From assembly GCF_006345805.1 (NCBI RefSeq), contig NC_043007.1, forward strand, positions 32,240,001 through 32,304,000: DNA of 64,000 nucleotides, given 5' to 3'. The position numbers and the translations under genes were made by a program. The DNA is from Octopus sinensis (lineage: Eukaryota). Of the stretch, positions 12,781-25,539 are shown piece by piece. The notes under the pieces are model-generated. The model ran no database searches and was not told the DNA's origin. It saw only the letters and a list, made by a program, of their open reading frames with translations. Every line of letters begins with the position of its first letter. Position 1 is the first letter of the stretch.

Positions 12781-13247
12781 TTATTTTGTTATGTATTTTT
12801 TACTTGTTTTTTATGTATTTTTTAGCAGTCATTGGACTGCTTTGACGGGTTTTAGTGAAACAGATTGACCTCAGTACATGTTTTTTTTAAGTCTGGTATT
12901 TATTCTATCAGTTTCCTTTGCCAAACTGCTAAATTCCGGGGAGATAAGCAAACCAGCACAGGTTGTCAAGTGGCAACAGGGAACAAGCACAAAAACGAAC
13001 ATACACAGATACACATCACACACACACACATGCATACAATTAGACACACACACAATGGGCTTCTTTTAGTTTCCATTCCCTCTCAAGGCTTTGGTCATAG
13101 TATAGCAGAAGATATTTGCCCTGGTTGTATCTATGGAAGCCAATGTGCCACAGTAAAATTTATATTTCATTTGGAATCTGAATGAAGGAAGGCAAAATGT
13201 TTACATATTTTTAACTAATCTATATTGTATATTATTAATATTTTCAG

Positions 13248-13364
13248 AATTGAAAGGCTAAAGAAATTTGTAAAGGCCATTACGAAGACAACTCGTTCTG
13301 ATTTAGCCCCAATTAGTGTGCCTGAAATATACAGAATGGAAGAAATTCACAAAATATTTGACAG
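13248..13364 (+). CDS. CMTR1: CMTR1 exon
   Basis: 117 nt; IERLKKFVKAITKTTRSDLAPISVPEIYRMEEIHKIFD(R); human [35 protein letters not shown]. Confidence 0.94.
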
Positions 13365-14084
13365 GTTAGTGTGGTTTTGTTTTATGTTGAAACTCCTTCG
13401 ATATGGTTCGTATTAGGAATGGTATTATTTGCATTTGTGGAACCATTTAATTCCTTGAAATAAATAAAGAGAGGCAGTGAGATTTGGCTGTGTGTTGCTA
13501 GGAAACAGCTACCACTGAGGAGACGAAGCATGTCAAAATAATGTGATCTGGCATTTCCTGTGCCCATAGCAGATGATTCTTGTCTGCCAGTGATATATGT
13601 GTACTTTTATGCACCATGCATCCACATGAGAAGTTCCCTCAAAGTAAATAATGCAGTATTCGATGTTCTAATAAAACATCCATATTAAGTTGGATTTAAA
13701 GATTGCTCTTTGATATTAATACTGTTTCTATCACTAATAATTATTTTTGTAAAGTTATATATTTTTGAACTTAAATCTCATCTTTAATCCATTTGATACC
13801 AGCCTACATGAGACCACCTTTGATTTTGTTGTACACTTTCCCTTTTTTTTAAAAGTGATTTAATTTAAAAACTTCCATCAAAATTTAATGTTAATTTGCA
13901 CCCCAAAAGTCAACTTAACAAACGACAAAGTTATTTTATTAACTTCTTTGTTATTTTCAAAATTAGTTTAAACAAGAACAATATATTTCAATAGAAATAT
14001 GGTAACAAAAGGGTTAAGGTGAGTCATCAACTGTCAGGACACTGCATCTAATTATTTTTCTTGTGTTTTTTTTTTCCTTCACAG

Positions 14085-14197
14085 GTTGGAAATGAAGTTA
14101 GTTAAAGGTCAATCACGCTTCAGACGTCTTTGTTACTGTAAAGAGAAAAAGCATTATTTCCTACCATCTGGAGTTCACTTTGTAAAAATTACCAAAG
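14085..14197 (+). CDS. CMTR1: CMTR1 exon
   Basis: 113 nt; LEMKLVKGQSRFRRLCYCKEKKHYFLPSGVHFVKITK. Confidence 0.92.
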
Positions 14198-15449
14198 GTA
14201 TATATACATGGATACCTCTGTGAGGATATATATATATCATCATCATCATCATTATCATCTAACGTCCACTTTCCATGCTGGCATGAGTTGGACATTTTGT
14301 CTGAGGACTGGCAAGCCAATAGGCTGCACCAGGCTCCAATCTGATCCAACAAGGTTTCTACAGCTGGATGCCCTTCCTAATGCCAGCCACTCCGAGAGAG
14401 TAGTGGGTGCTTTTTACGTGCCACCGGCATGGGGGCCAGTCCGGTGGCACTGGCATCTACCACATTTGAGTGGTGCTTTTTACTTGCCACCAGCAAGGGA
14501 GCCAGTCAGGTGGCACTGGCATCAACTATGCTTGAGTGGTGCTTTTTATGTGCCAGTCAAGTCACACTTGCGTAGGTCACGACTACGATTTCACTGGACT
14601 TAACAGGCTTCTCAAGCACAGCATATTGCCCAGTGACTGAAGAGTATGTTTAAATGGGCCAGTTATGCGACACTGGTACATATGTATATATATATACACA
14701 CACACACATATATATATACACTCTTATATCAAACATTGAGAATGAGTGCTTCATGGGTGGATAAATATTCTTTATTTGTTAGTTAAGAAGGCAACCAATG
14801 GTTTCATGTGAAGAGTGTAAGAAATTAAGGGCCAAAACCCTTGCTTGAGGAGGGTTTCTTCTCTGTAAACCTTCTGCTGTTCAGCTCTCTTGAGAGTTTC
14901 TTACCAATATAAATATCTATTTCTTTATTGCCCATAGGGGGCTAAACATAGAAGGGAAAAACAAGGTCAGACAAAGGGATTAGGTTGATTACATCGACCC
15001 CAGTGTGTAACTGGTACTTATTTAATCGACCCCAAAAGGATGAAAGGCAAAGTCGTCCTCGGCAGAATTTGAACTCAGAACATAACAGCAGATGAAATGC
15101 TGCTAAGCATTTCGCCCGGTGTGCTAATGATACTGCCATCATCATCATCATCGTCATTCAATATCCATTTCCCATGCTGCTAGGGGTTGGATGGCTTGAA
15201 GCCAGCTAGCAAGCCAGAGAACTTCAGCATGGTTTTTACGTTTGGATCCCTTCCTTATAACAACCACTTGAATGTAAGCATTCAGTTGAAAAACCCTGTT
15301 GGAAAGAAAAAGTCAAAGGCTGCTCATGGGACTTTAGAACACACATTTCCTATAAACATGACATTTAATTTTGTTTGTTAACCTCTTATTGTCCAAGAAT
15401 ATGTGAAGTTTGAAGAAATAGCAAGCTAATCATATGATTCCACTTTCAG

Positions 15450-15558
15450 ATCCATGGACAATGTGTCTTAGTAAGTCTTCAAACACAAAGTATTTTTTCA
15501 ATACATCTTCGGGTGTGTCGACTTACGGATTTCCTGGAGATGCCATAACAAACACCAG
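15450..15558 (+). CDS. CMTR1: CMTR1 exon, WW domain
   Basis: 109 nt; (D)PWTMCLSKSSNTKYFFNTSSGVSTYGFPGDAITNT(R). Confidence 0.93.
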
Positions 15559-16821
15559 GTAAGATATGTCTTTACTTATATATCTTTTAACACCGTATTT
15601 CTTAATGCTTACCTGATGGTGGGGTGGGGCTAATTTCAAGAATACTGGACAACAAATCGCAGAATCTGAGCACAGATATAGTTGTTTAGACACTTTGTAA
15701 CCATGTTCTTGGTTCAATCTCACTCCATGGCACCTTGAACTCGGGTGGACTAAAGACTTGCAAATGAAATTCAGGAGGTGGAAACTAAGTAGAAGCCCAT
15801 TGGGTGTGTCTGTTTGTGTGTGTATGTGTAACAGGCATAGCTGTGTGGTAAGAAGCTTGCTTCCCAATCTCATGGTTCCAGGTTCAGTCCCACTGTGGCA
15901 TCCCTGAGCAAGTGTCTTCTATATCCTCAGGCTGACCAAAGCCTTGTGAGTGGATTTGGTAGATGGAAACTGGAAGAAGCCCGTTGTGTGTGTGTGTGTC
16001 TTTGTGTCTGTGTTTATCCTTCCGTTGCTGCTTGACAACCAGTGTTGGTGTGTTTATGTCCCTTTAACTTAGCAGTTCAGCAAAAGAGACTGGTAGAATA
16101 AGTACTAGGCTTAAATTAAATAAGTCCTAGGGTCGATTTGTTTGACTAAAACCCTTCAAGGCAGTGCTCCAGCATGACTGCAGTCAGTTGACTTAAGATA
16201 AAAGATCTGCATATATGTGTGTGTGTGTTTGTATGTATATAGAGTAGCATGGAAAAACTGATGTTAAATGATGAGAATAATGTATAGATATGTATATATA
16301 TTTATTAATGAGGAGAATAATCATCATCATCATCCAGTGTTTTAAATCCGGGTTCTGTCCTCATTAATGGGGGTGGCCAGATCTACCTCAATGTAATAGC
16401 AACCAAGGTAGGCAGGTGCAGCCCACCCCAACTTTTGGCTAGTTTGGTGCCCGTTCTCCTTTGCTATCTTGGAGCTGGATTTTCTATGGGGAGCATGTCC
16501 TTGCTTACCCCCAACCTTGGTCCCACAATTTTTAAGAAATGTGGTGGAAAACTAGCTTGGAAAGGCAGGGATGCTATTCCCTGAGACTTCTTTCGGAGCC
16601 TCCTACTCTAGTGGTAGAGGGGTCTCCTAAATTGGAGTGAGCAAATTGTTTTATTACATAAATTTACAATTACTTCACCAAATTATGTAAGAGGTAAACG
16701 ATAATGTTCTATTTTAATGTCATACTATTTAATTCATCAGGAATATTTTGTCCAATTTCTCTAAAACACTCTTTGTGTTCTTCAAACTCGTCAAATGACC
16801 GTGTCTGTTATTTACTTGCAG

Positions 16822-16960
16822 AGATTGCCGAGTAAACGGAATCCGTTGGAAATGGCAAGAAGGAGTAAGAGTGCACGACTCCCAGCCTACAACACAAGAC
16901 AGAGACAAGTTTTCAAAAGAAGACATTCTTCAGTTTATCCAAGACAAAATCAACAAATGA
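16822..16960 (+). CDS. CMTR1: CMTR1 last coding exon with stop
   Basis: 139 nt; DCRVNGIRWKWQEGVRVHDSQPTTQDRDKFSKEDILQFIQDKINK*; human WEWGDGIRVHDSQ...KLSKEDVLSFIQ. All 18 exons sum to 1971 nt (657 codons) with matching phases. Confidence 0.95.
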
Positions 16961-17153
16961 GAATAACTCCATTGTTATTCCATCCCACCAGAAAATGAAA
17001 TCCATCCCCCACTAATTTTTTGATAAACATTTATAACCCATGCTATTGTATCTCACCTTTTATTCCAAATTTATATTTTATTATCATTTGAGAATAACCA
17101 CCATTCAGTAAAAAACACATTCAATTATAAAATTTGAATGTATGGCATCATAA

Positions 17154-17159
17154 AATAAA
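17154..17159 (+). terminator. Candidate CMTR1 polyadenylation signal
   Basis: AATAAA about 195 nt after the stop codon; AT-rich context makes chance occurrence plausible. Confidence 0.4.
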
Positions 17160-17794
17160 AGTAAAAACATTCCAATTATTAATACAACACTCTTTAACGA
17201 GGATTGTATTAATATTTTCGATAACTTTTGCTTATCACTCGTTCTGTCTACTTGAAGTGACTTCGTTAAGTAGGATTTATGTTTGTGTCAGTTATTTGAT
17301 TATGGCCATGTTGGGGCACCGCCTTGGGATTATTTAAGTTTTTAGATTAACTCTTTAGCAGTCATAATTATTCTGTCAAATGTAAAGCTTATTTATTCAG
17401 ATTGCTTTGAATATATCATGCATTATCTTGTAACTGTGTGATTTCAATGACATGATAGTATATTTTTAGCGTGACATTGTAAGGTAGGTGTGAGAGGCCT
17501 AATCTGATTGATTTGAACATTATGAACAAAACTGGTAAAATCTTTTGGCATGGTGGGGCTGGTTTTACTACGAAAGGGTCAAACAATGAGATAGCAGGTA
17601 CAACTGTATGGTTAAGACATTTGCTTCTCAACGACATGGTTTCAGGTTCAGTCCCACAGCGTGGCACCTTGAGCAAGTGTTTTCTACAATAGCCCTCAGT
17701 CAAGTAAAATTTTGAGTGGATTTAGGTGATGGAAACTGAAAGAAACCTGTCATGTGTGTGTGTATGCAAGTGAGCGTATATGTCTCCTTGTCTT

Positions 17795-17964
17795 ACTTAC
17801 TTGTACTTGTGACGGCATTCACCCAGGGCGGGTTGAGCCGGCTTCTTCTCTGTTCCTAATGGCATCACGAACCATGGCAGCTCACGCTCAATGGCCCTGT
17901 GCAAGGTCACTGGAGATCTGCGCAGACTGACCACCTGCAAACCTGCGACCACCAGCGAACCTCT
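17795..17964 (-). mobile_element. 5'-truncated 3' end of a second RTE-type LINE, nested in a SINE
   Basis: MVRDAIRNREEAGSTRPG*, tail CAAGTACAAGTAAGT, 7-bp TSD TTGTCTT at 17788-17794 and 17965-17971. Confidence 0.65.
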
Positions 17965-18182
17965 TTGTCTTGACATCATGTAAGTCATTTCTGATATTTT
18001 GCAAAAAACATGCCTGGCCAAGGGGAGATATGATCTTGTTTGGAAATAGATGAGGGTTAGCAACAGGAAGGGACATCCATCCATTGAAAATTTACCTCAA
18101 TATACTCTCCCTCTGACCCGTGTAAACATGAAAAAGTAGACATTCAAACGATGATGAGGATAATGATGGTGATGGTGATTAT

Positions 18183-20790
18183 TGTGCCCTTTAAGCACTA
18201 CAGTAACGCAATGCAAAGCAGTTGGCTGTCTATTCCACTGCCCCAGCCACCGAGCTGACCACCTTTTGTCCGCGACAACGTATTTAACAATGTAAAGCTA
18301 AGTACATTTAGTTTCGTATCATTACAACAACCCCCTTTTCTTTAAGCAATTCACAGACTAACAAACCTGGAAAATGAAAACAAGGTTTCTTCTCCCTTTT
18401 GTTGCAAGAGTCACATGCAACATGTACTTTAAATAATGTGAACAGTTTTATGGTACAAAGTTTTTGTAGCACTCTGGTGTTTTCACTGTTCTTATTTCTT
18501 TATTGCTCACATGGGGTTAAACATAGAGGGGACAAACAAGGACAGGCAAAGGGATTAAGTCAATTACATCGACCCCAGTGCGTAACTGGTACTTAATTTA
18601 TCAACCCCGAAAGGATGACAGGCAAAGTTGACCTCGGCGGAATTTGAACTCAGAATGTAACGGCAAACGAAATACCGCAAAGCACTTTGCCCGGCGTGCT
18701 AACGTTTCTGCCAGCTCGCCGCCTTAAACTCATCACCGGTGTTTCCACCGTTCTACCTGATCTTGTGGGTCTCCTGCTTCTGGCCATTGTTTTGTGTTTC
18801 TGCATCGTTATCAGGAGGAGCATTTGTGATTTCTTTCTTTGAGTCGAGTTAAGTAACATGTTCCATGGAGTTTGTGGTTTCTGTTGGATGGTTGTCTGTC
18901 TATATTGTTGGGTGATCTGACAGGCATTTCCATCCGACTGGTCTGTTCACACTGTCTATCTATGCCTATGCCAACATCTCTCAGTTCCCTTCTGTTTCTC
19001 TGCAAATTTCCATGTGTTGTTTTTCACAATGTAAGACCTCGGTTCTTTACATTGTCTTGCTATTTCTCCAGGCATCCAGCATTTGTCGTTTTTGTCAAGG
19101 ACTCGTACAGCTTGTCCTTTGTGCAATGGAGGTAGTTCCCTCTTTGCATTCTGGTCTTATGCAGTTTTCATTTGTATTTTTTTTTTCATCAAGAAGTTTT
19201 CTCTGTTTTTGAGTTTCATGAGAGCAGCTCCAGCATAATGGCACAAGTGTTGTGATCAGTCCACCCAACAGGATCTCAGCGGATGACGGCATCTTTGCAT
19301 TTAATGGTGTTGCTCTTTGATTCAACAATGCATTGTTTATGTCATTTTTGCTTTGTTCACTTTTTTGGAAAGTCTTTTTGATTGTCTGTACCTATCCCTC
19401 TATGAATCTGTTTGATTAGGGGCACCTTGGTGATGATGTAGTGTGTTGAAGTCCCCAATCACCTGTGGGTGGCCAGGTAACATCAAACAAGTCCCAGACG
19501 ATATAAGGACATACTGGTCTTTTTGAGATGAATTGGCTGTAGAAGAGGGAATCATCTTCAAAGGGACACAGGTGTTGATACCTCCTCCTCCTCTACAACA
19601 TGACCTTCTAGTGCTTGAAGAAGGGGTTTTTCTGCGATCACCTCCAGGGGTTTGTGGTCTGTGATGACTTCAAATGGATGTCTGTAAAGATGTGTGGAAA
19701 CAAGTGATTCCAAATACCACCGCCAGCATTTCACGATCGTTGTTTGAGTAGTTTGACTGAATTTTGTCAAGAGCTTTCAATGCAAATGCTACAGGTTTAC
19801 CATCTTGTACAATAGCAGCTCTGAGTCCTTACAAAGAGCTATCTAACTCAAGTCCTGTTGGTTTCTTTGGGTCAAAGAACCAGACGTTTGATTTCTCTGA
19901 GATGGTTGTTTTAAGTTTTCCAAAGCAGTGTATGTGGTCTTCAGACATCTCAAATGGTATATTTAAAAACCAAATACTATCCAGAACATACCATGACATT
20001 GGGGTCCCGAAAGTTGTGAGCAGCTGGCTTTCTTCATCCACATGAACTGACCAGTATCCTGCTTTTGCATCTAGTTTTCTGAAAACGCTAGAACCAGCAA
20101 ACTAAGGGTTCAGCTCTTCCACTGTTGGGATTTTGTGGGGGCATCTTTTCAGTGCTTGATTAAGTTTTTGTGGATCGATGCAGATGCGAAGTGATCCGTC
20201 TTTTTTTTACAGAGTATGCGATGCTTGGATACCAATCTGTATGTCGTGTCACAGGCTTGATGCCCCCTCCATTTCTTCCATCTTCTGGAGATCAATCCTG
20301 AGCTTATTTTCAAGTTGAGACAATGAAGGGCTCCGACCCTGCTTTTATGTTCTGTTGTGCAGGTTCTTTGAAGTTGTCCAGGCTGTTGAAAAGAGTTGGA
20401 TATCTTTCTTTCAGGCCTTCGATTGTTGTGACATCAGGAGTTGAATCCATGACATGATCCCAATGTATTGTGATTAATTTCATTGCCTCACATGCTGGTG
20501 ATCCAATGATTGGTGGTCCATCCATAGAATTTGGCATCATGGAATTTGCTGCCATTTGAGCGAAGCTGAAAATGTGTTGAAACCAAGCATTTGGTTTCTT
20601 GGCCATTGTATGCCATCAGATGAATATTTTCCTCTGGTTCGCCTAGGTAACAAGCTATCTACTACTTCTAAGGATCTCCTCCAAGCATTTGAGAAAGTCT
20701 ATTCTCTGTGCATTTTTGGTGCTTATTGTATCTGCACATTTTCCACACAGAGAAACCTTCTAATGAGCCATCAAAAGCACAAATATGCAA
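18183..20790 (-). mobile_element. Decayed Ty3/Gypsy LTR retrotransposon (RT, RNase H, integrase fragments, PPT, one LTR)
   Basis: KKDGSLRICIDPQKLNQALKRCPHKIPT...KLDAKAGYWSVHVDEESQLLTTFGTP; FEVITDHKPLEVI; CWMPGEIARQCKEPRSYIV; PPT AAAGAAAAGGGGG at 18331-18343 followed by TGTTG; many stops and frameshifts. Confidence 0.88.
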
Positions 20791-21407
20791 ATTAAGCTAT
20801 TCACTATGGTGCTATTGTAATTTATGACTGCCTTTTTGGCTGGCACGTAGCTGTGGGGTTAAGAACTCATTTTACCTCGTGAGTGAATTTGGTAGACGGA
20901 TACTGTGTGGAAGCCTGTCAAATTTTCCCCAGAGTATTTTCGAAAAAATGTAATTCTGATGTAGTTTTGCTTGCTGATGAGGAAATTTAGCATTCATTTT
21001 TTTTTCCCTAGAAATTAATGCAAAAAATAATAAGTATTTAAAATAATGTGAGTTTAGTCAATAGAAGTTTCGATTGTCGAATATACCTGAAAGCACGACT
21101 GTTTGTGCCCATAAGGATAAACATACAAAAACCGTTCTGATCTCAACCTGCTAGAAATAGCAACCAAATCTTCCACAACAGATTATTACATCTACCTCGG
21201 TATTTCAGAGGTCGTGTATTTTAGTGACCCCCGAACAAAAGATAGAAGGCCAAGTCGACCTCAGCGGAATTTGAACTCGGGACATAAAGAGCCGGAACAA
21301 GTTCCACACGATAATCTCACTATTCTGTCCTGAGGATTGAAGAATAAAAGAACGCATTACTTTGCATTCTCTAGAAAATGTTCAACCAACATTTTCCTAT
21401 TCTACAG

Positions 21408-21527
21408 ACTGACGAAACGAAACCAGAGTTCCAGGAATGATGTTGGCATTCCTCCGCTTTCCGAAGTTCTTGAGTGGCAATGCCTTAAGTGACGATGTAA
21501 AACCGATCCTTGAACGACTTGGCTCTG
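21408..21527 (+). other. Exon-like segment, possibly a MOB2 5' exon
   Basis: ttttcctattctacag|...|gtaaat; ATG at 21437 gives MMLAFLRFPKFLSGNALSDDVKPILERLGS (phase 1); CpG-rich; no homology recognised. Confidence 0.2.
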
Positions 21528-21876
21528 GTAAATATGTGTTCTTTGGCAATTATTGCATAATCCACCGAAATTAATGTGCGCGTATAATTTGTATTTAATA
21601 TGAAGAACTAAGGAATGTTTAGCAAAATGTAGCATAAACTAGACATACAACAAGGGAGATAATTATAACACTATTTATAATATTGCTTAAGAATTATCTC
21701 CCTTTGATAGTGTTCTGTTTAAACTGATTATTTGTAAATTAGGGAATTACTTGATTAATCTCTTCGTAAATTCGAAGCCTTGTCCAATATATATATAAAA
21801 CTTGAACCATAGGGTTTATGATGTCTAAATTTTAGAGATTCATTGTTTTCGGTTGAAATATCTCTCTTAAAGATAG

Positions 21877-22820
21877 TTATAATAAAAATGAAATTATTGT
21901 ATACAGTGCTCAGGTGCACCACAACTTGTCAGAGTATATGCAGTAATGTACAAATGTCTGGAAAGCGAACAATGCATGTGTCAGATACATGCTTGTGTGT
22001 GTATGGAGGGGAGAAAATCAGGTGTAGTGTTGGCGAATCTCAGAAAGCATGGAAGTTTTGAAGGATGCAGTGCTCCGACAACTAACAACTGATGCCGGCA
22101 GTTTGTTCCATGCTTCAGTAACTCTCAGCGTGAAAAAATGTTTCCTGAAGTCATGGGAGCTGTGCTGTTTTCTTACTTTGTAAATATGTCCACGGGTGTT
22201 AGATGGGTGGAGTTTGAAAAGGTGCTCAGAGTTATTGTTTGTACAATGGTTGATAATTTTATGGGTGTCTGCCAAGTCAGCTGCCAGACGTCGGAGTTTC
22301 AATGTGTCCATGCCCAGGGAAGTAAGGCGTTGAGGATATGGCAAATGCCTGATGGAGGGTATTCTTTTGGTTGCACGTCGCTGAACGGCTTCCAGCCGAT
22401 TGATATCTTGGGCAAAATAGGGGTTCCAGGTGAGGTCTTACCATAGCTATATAAAGCCGCAGATAGATAGTCGGAGAGCGGCTCACAAAGGATTTGGTGA
22501 GTGATGCCAAGACACCCTCAGCCTTCTTGACAATTTTAGCGATGTGTTTTGTCCAACACAAATCACTGTCGACAATAACACCCAGGTCACGTTCACACGA
22601 AGACTTTTTGAGACTAGTGTTGTGGAGGGAATAGGTGGACGCTGGGTTTCTCCTCTCAAAATGCATGGTGGTACATTTGTCCACAGCCAGCTTGAGTTGC
22701 CAGTCCATGATCCACTGCTGCATTGTGTCCAGGTCTGCTTGCAATAGAGATCTATAGTGTACAGGATCTGACCTCTTTATTTCGAGGTACAGTTCGGATT
22801 CTACATCAACAAATTTTATT
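21877..22820 (-). mobile_element. 5'-truncated CR1-clade LINE
   Basis: LQADLD...W...KC..MH, ERDLGVIVDSDL, LYIAMVRPHLE, NTRGH..K, FFTLRVTEAWNKLP; frameshifted; ATT-type tail; a 50-nt 3' end copy lies at 4633-4680. Confidence 0.92.
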
Positions 22821-23081
22821 TGGTAGAGTCTAGGAATGGCATCCAGTTGTATAAACTATGCCAAAAAAGATATTTGAGCTAGACGTAGGTTATTCAAATC
22901 CAGTCAAACCAATGCCAGCATGGCAGAAGGACATTAAAGAATGATGGTGATGATGATTACTTGGCCAGAGCTAGATCAATTATTATTGTTCCCTAAGATG
23001 AAGGATTTGTTTAATGCAAATGAACAACAGAGTATACTCTATGTAAGTTAGACAGGTCTTAACCAACTCTATGGTGTGTAA

Positions 23082-23560
23082 TTGAACACTCTGCAAAAAT
23101 ATAATCAGCTCAATCTTATTTCATTTCATGGTGCACTAAATATTATATACAGATTGTGCATAATTTTGTTAAACAAAATTGTTTTAAAGTTGGACACCAG
23201 AAATCGTAATAATATAACAAATATTAATTATCTAAATGTCAGTCTAGTAATTAAGGATAACAATGAAATACGTACTGACATTTATAATAAAACAGAACAT
23301 TTTGGTTCCAAGTGGCTTCAATGCCATGGTTCTGTAGTAAAATACCTTCTGTTATTGGTTATGGTAATTTTTTCAGGGTAAGTTGTTAGATACAGTACTA
23401 TTGTTAATAATGGTAATAAATTCTTGGAAAGAATAAATAAGCTGTTAAGACATTTAGTAAAACAAGGGTATAAATACGGGTAAGTTGGTTAAAACCTTTA
23501 ATCAGTGTTTAGGTGGGAAACTTGAAATTTTAAATAAATATTGAGTAATGTCTAGTCTTC
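23082..23560 (+). mobile_element. Penelope-like element RT C-terminal (thumb) remnant
   Basis: INYLNVSLVIKDNNEIRTDIYNKTEHF / FQVASMPWFCSKIPSVIGYGNFF / VVRYSTIVNNGNKFLERINKLLRHLVKQGYKY across frameshifts. Confidence 0.65.
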
Positions 23561-23616
23561 GGCTTGGAAAATATTTGTAAGGATTTGAAGGTTTACGATT
23601 CCAGTTAATTGCTTAC

Positions 23617-23731
23617 TACGTCACCAATATTGAGACAATTAAGAAAGTAATTACGCAACTACGTCATCGATATTTCGTTGTCATTTCAAATTCTTGGAGA
23701 AGGAAGCACGTGTCTGATTAATCATGTAAGT
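23617..23731 (+). promoter_or_regulatory. Candidate promoter and short non-coding first exon
   Basis: TACGTCA x2, CCAAT, TTACGCAA, CATCGATA, TCATTTC (Inr-like), CACGTG, then donor gtaagt at 23726. Confidence 0.3.
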
Positions 23732-23827
23732 CTTAATGTTTGAAGTTTTATTCTCTTTTAAACAGTTTTAATTAGCTTTAAACGAAGCCGCAAAGTTTAT
23801 AATGATATTCTGTTGTGTCTGGGGAGA

Positions 23828-23960
23828 GTCATTTTCTTTTTGTGCCTTATAATATAACGCACTCACCTGTAAAAGTTCCACTTTTTTTTCTTATTTCTAT
23901 TTAAAAAGTGGAAATTTTACCGGTGAGGTGTTATATTATAAGGCACAAAAAGAAAATGAC
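23828..23960. repeat. Fold-back of a repeat end, about 60-bp arms
   Basis: GTCATTTTCTTTTTGTGCCTTATAATATAAC... inverted; single-arm copy at about 3200-3290. Confidence 0.9.
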
Positions 23961-25539
23961 GAACTCATATAAAGAATCTTGCAAACCAAATCCAAAAACG
24001 AAATATTTATAATAATAATTAATTACAAGTACTTTTATTTGTTCCTATTTAATGAAATTTAAGTTTATATTAGTTACCGGTAATTTAATATAACTTGTAG
24101 TGGAGATACATTAACGAATATGTAGTGTTTTATCATTAACTTTTGAACGATGAAATAATGTTTTTCACTCATAAAAATATTAAATTAATTTCAATTGTTT
24201 TGCTTTGGAGAAATTTTATAAGGTTTGAACTTTCACTATCGTAGTATCTATGGAAGACCGGTAGGGTATTATTTATATGGACTTAAAGATTTGTCGCAAC
24301 TTAGCATAATTTAGTATTTCCAGTTTACTATTAATAGCGATAAAATGTACATTGGTTTTATAGTCTGCCGATATAAATTGATTGATTGAAATAATGTTAT
24401 TAAGCTTTTAACTGTTATATTATACTACGGAAGACTGTAGGGATCATAATTTTTGTATGCCTTGATAGAGTTGTCGCTGTTACGTATTTAAGAGTGGTTG
24501 TAATTTACTTATTGAATTTATTTATCGATTCGGTTGTACGAATGGGTTTGAAAGTTGTAGTTTCTTCGGTTTGTTTGTTTCCAAACAACACTTATTTTAG
24601 TGCTGTTGACACCGCCGGATTGAATGGTACCGCCCGTAATGATATCCGTGGGGCAGCGGATGGTGGAGGGGTGTTGGATTATTGGTGTGGCTGTGGAAAT
24701 AGTATTATAACACATCCTGTTGATGCATACATACACACACACACACATATATAGAGAGAGAGGGAGACGATAAGAAAATGAAAGAAAAACAAATAGAAGT
24801 GCTAAAAAGCCATTAAATAATGGCTTTTTAGCACAACAGACACACTTCTATTTGTTGTTTTTCCTCCATCTTCTTATCGTCTCTATAAACATTAAACTAC
24901 GGTCTGTCTCTCAAACTACCTGCTGCCATATACCTTATACCAGGACGATACTTACTGAGGTAATTACTAGGAGTGTCTCCCTAATACTTCTATCCCTTAG
25001 AGAGCTCTTATACCTTACATAGCACACACACACATATATATATGGAGGCGCATGGCTTAGTTGTTAGGGTGTCAGCATCATGATCGTAGGAGTGTGGTTT
25101 CGATTCCACCTTGCTCCAGTCCACTCAGCTGGCAAAAACGAATAACGCTGCTATGGACTGGTGTCCCATCCAGCTGGGGAACACATATGCCATAGAAACC
25201 GGGAAACCAGATCCATGAGCCTGGCTAGGCTTGAAAAGGGTGCATTTATATATATGAGAGAGAGAGAGGTGCAGATGTGGCTGAGTGGTAAGAAGCTTGC
25301 TTCCCAACCACATGGTTCCCGGTTCGGGCAAGTATCTTTGGGCCAACCAAAGCGTTGAGTGGACTTGTTAGACGGAAACTGAAAGAAGCCCGTCGTGTAT
25401 CAACATCATCATCATCATCATTTAACGTCTGTTTTCCATGCTAGCATGGGTTGGACGGTTCGACCAGGGTCTGGGAAGCCAGGAGGCTGCATCAGGCTCC
25501 AGTCTGATCTGGCAGTGTTTGGGTGATAAATATTGTTTA

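Noticed and set aside
24494-24754. Overlapping ORFs on both strands in a GC-rich patch
   Set aside because: No recognisable domain or consistent splice sites; may be UTR or regulatory DNA
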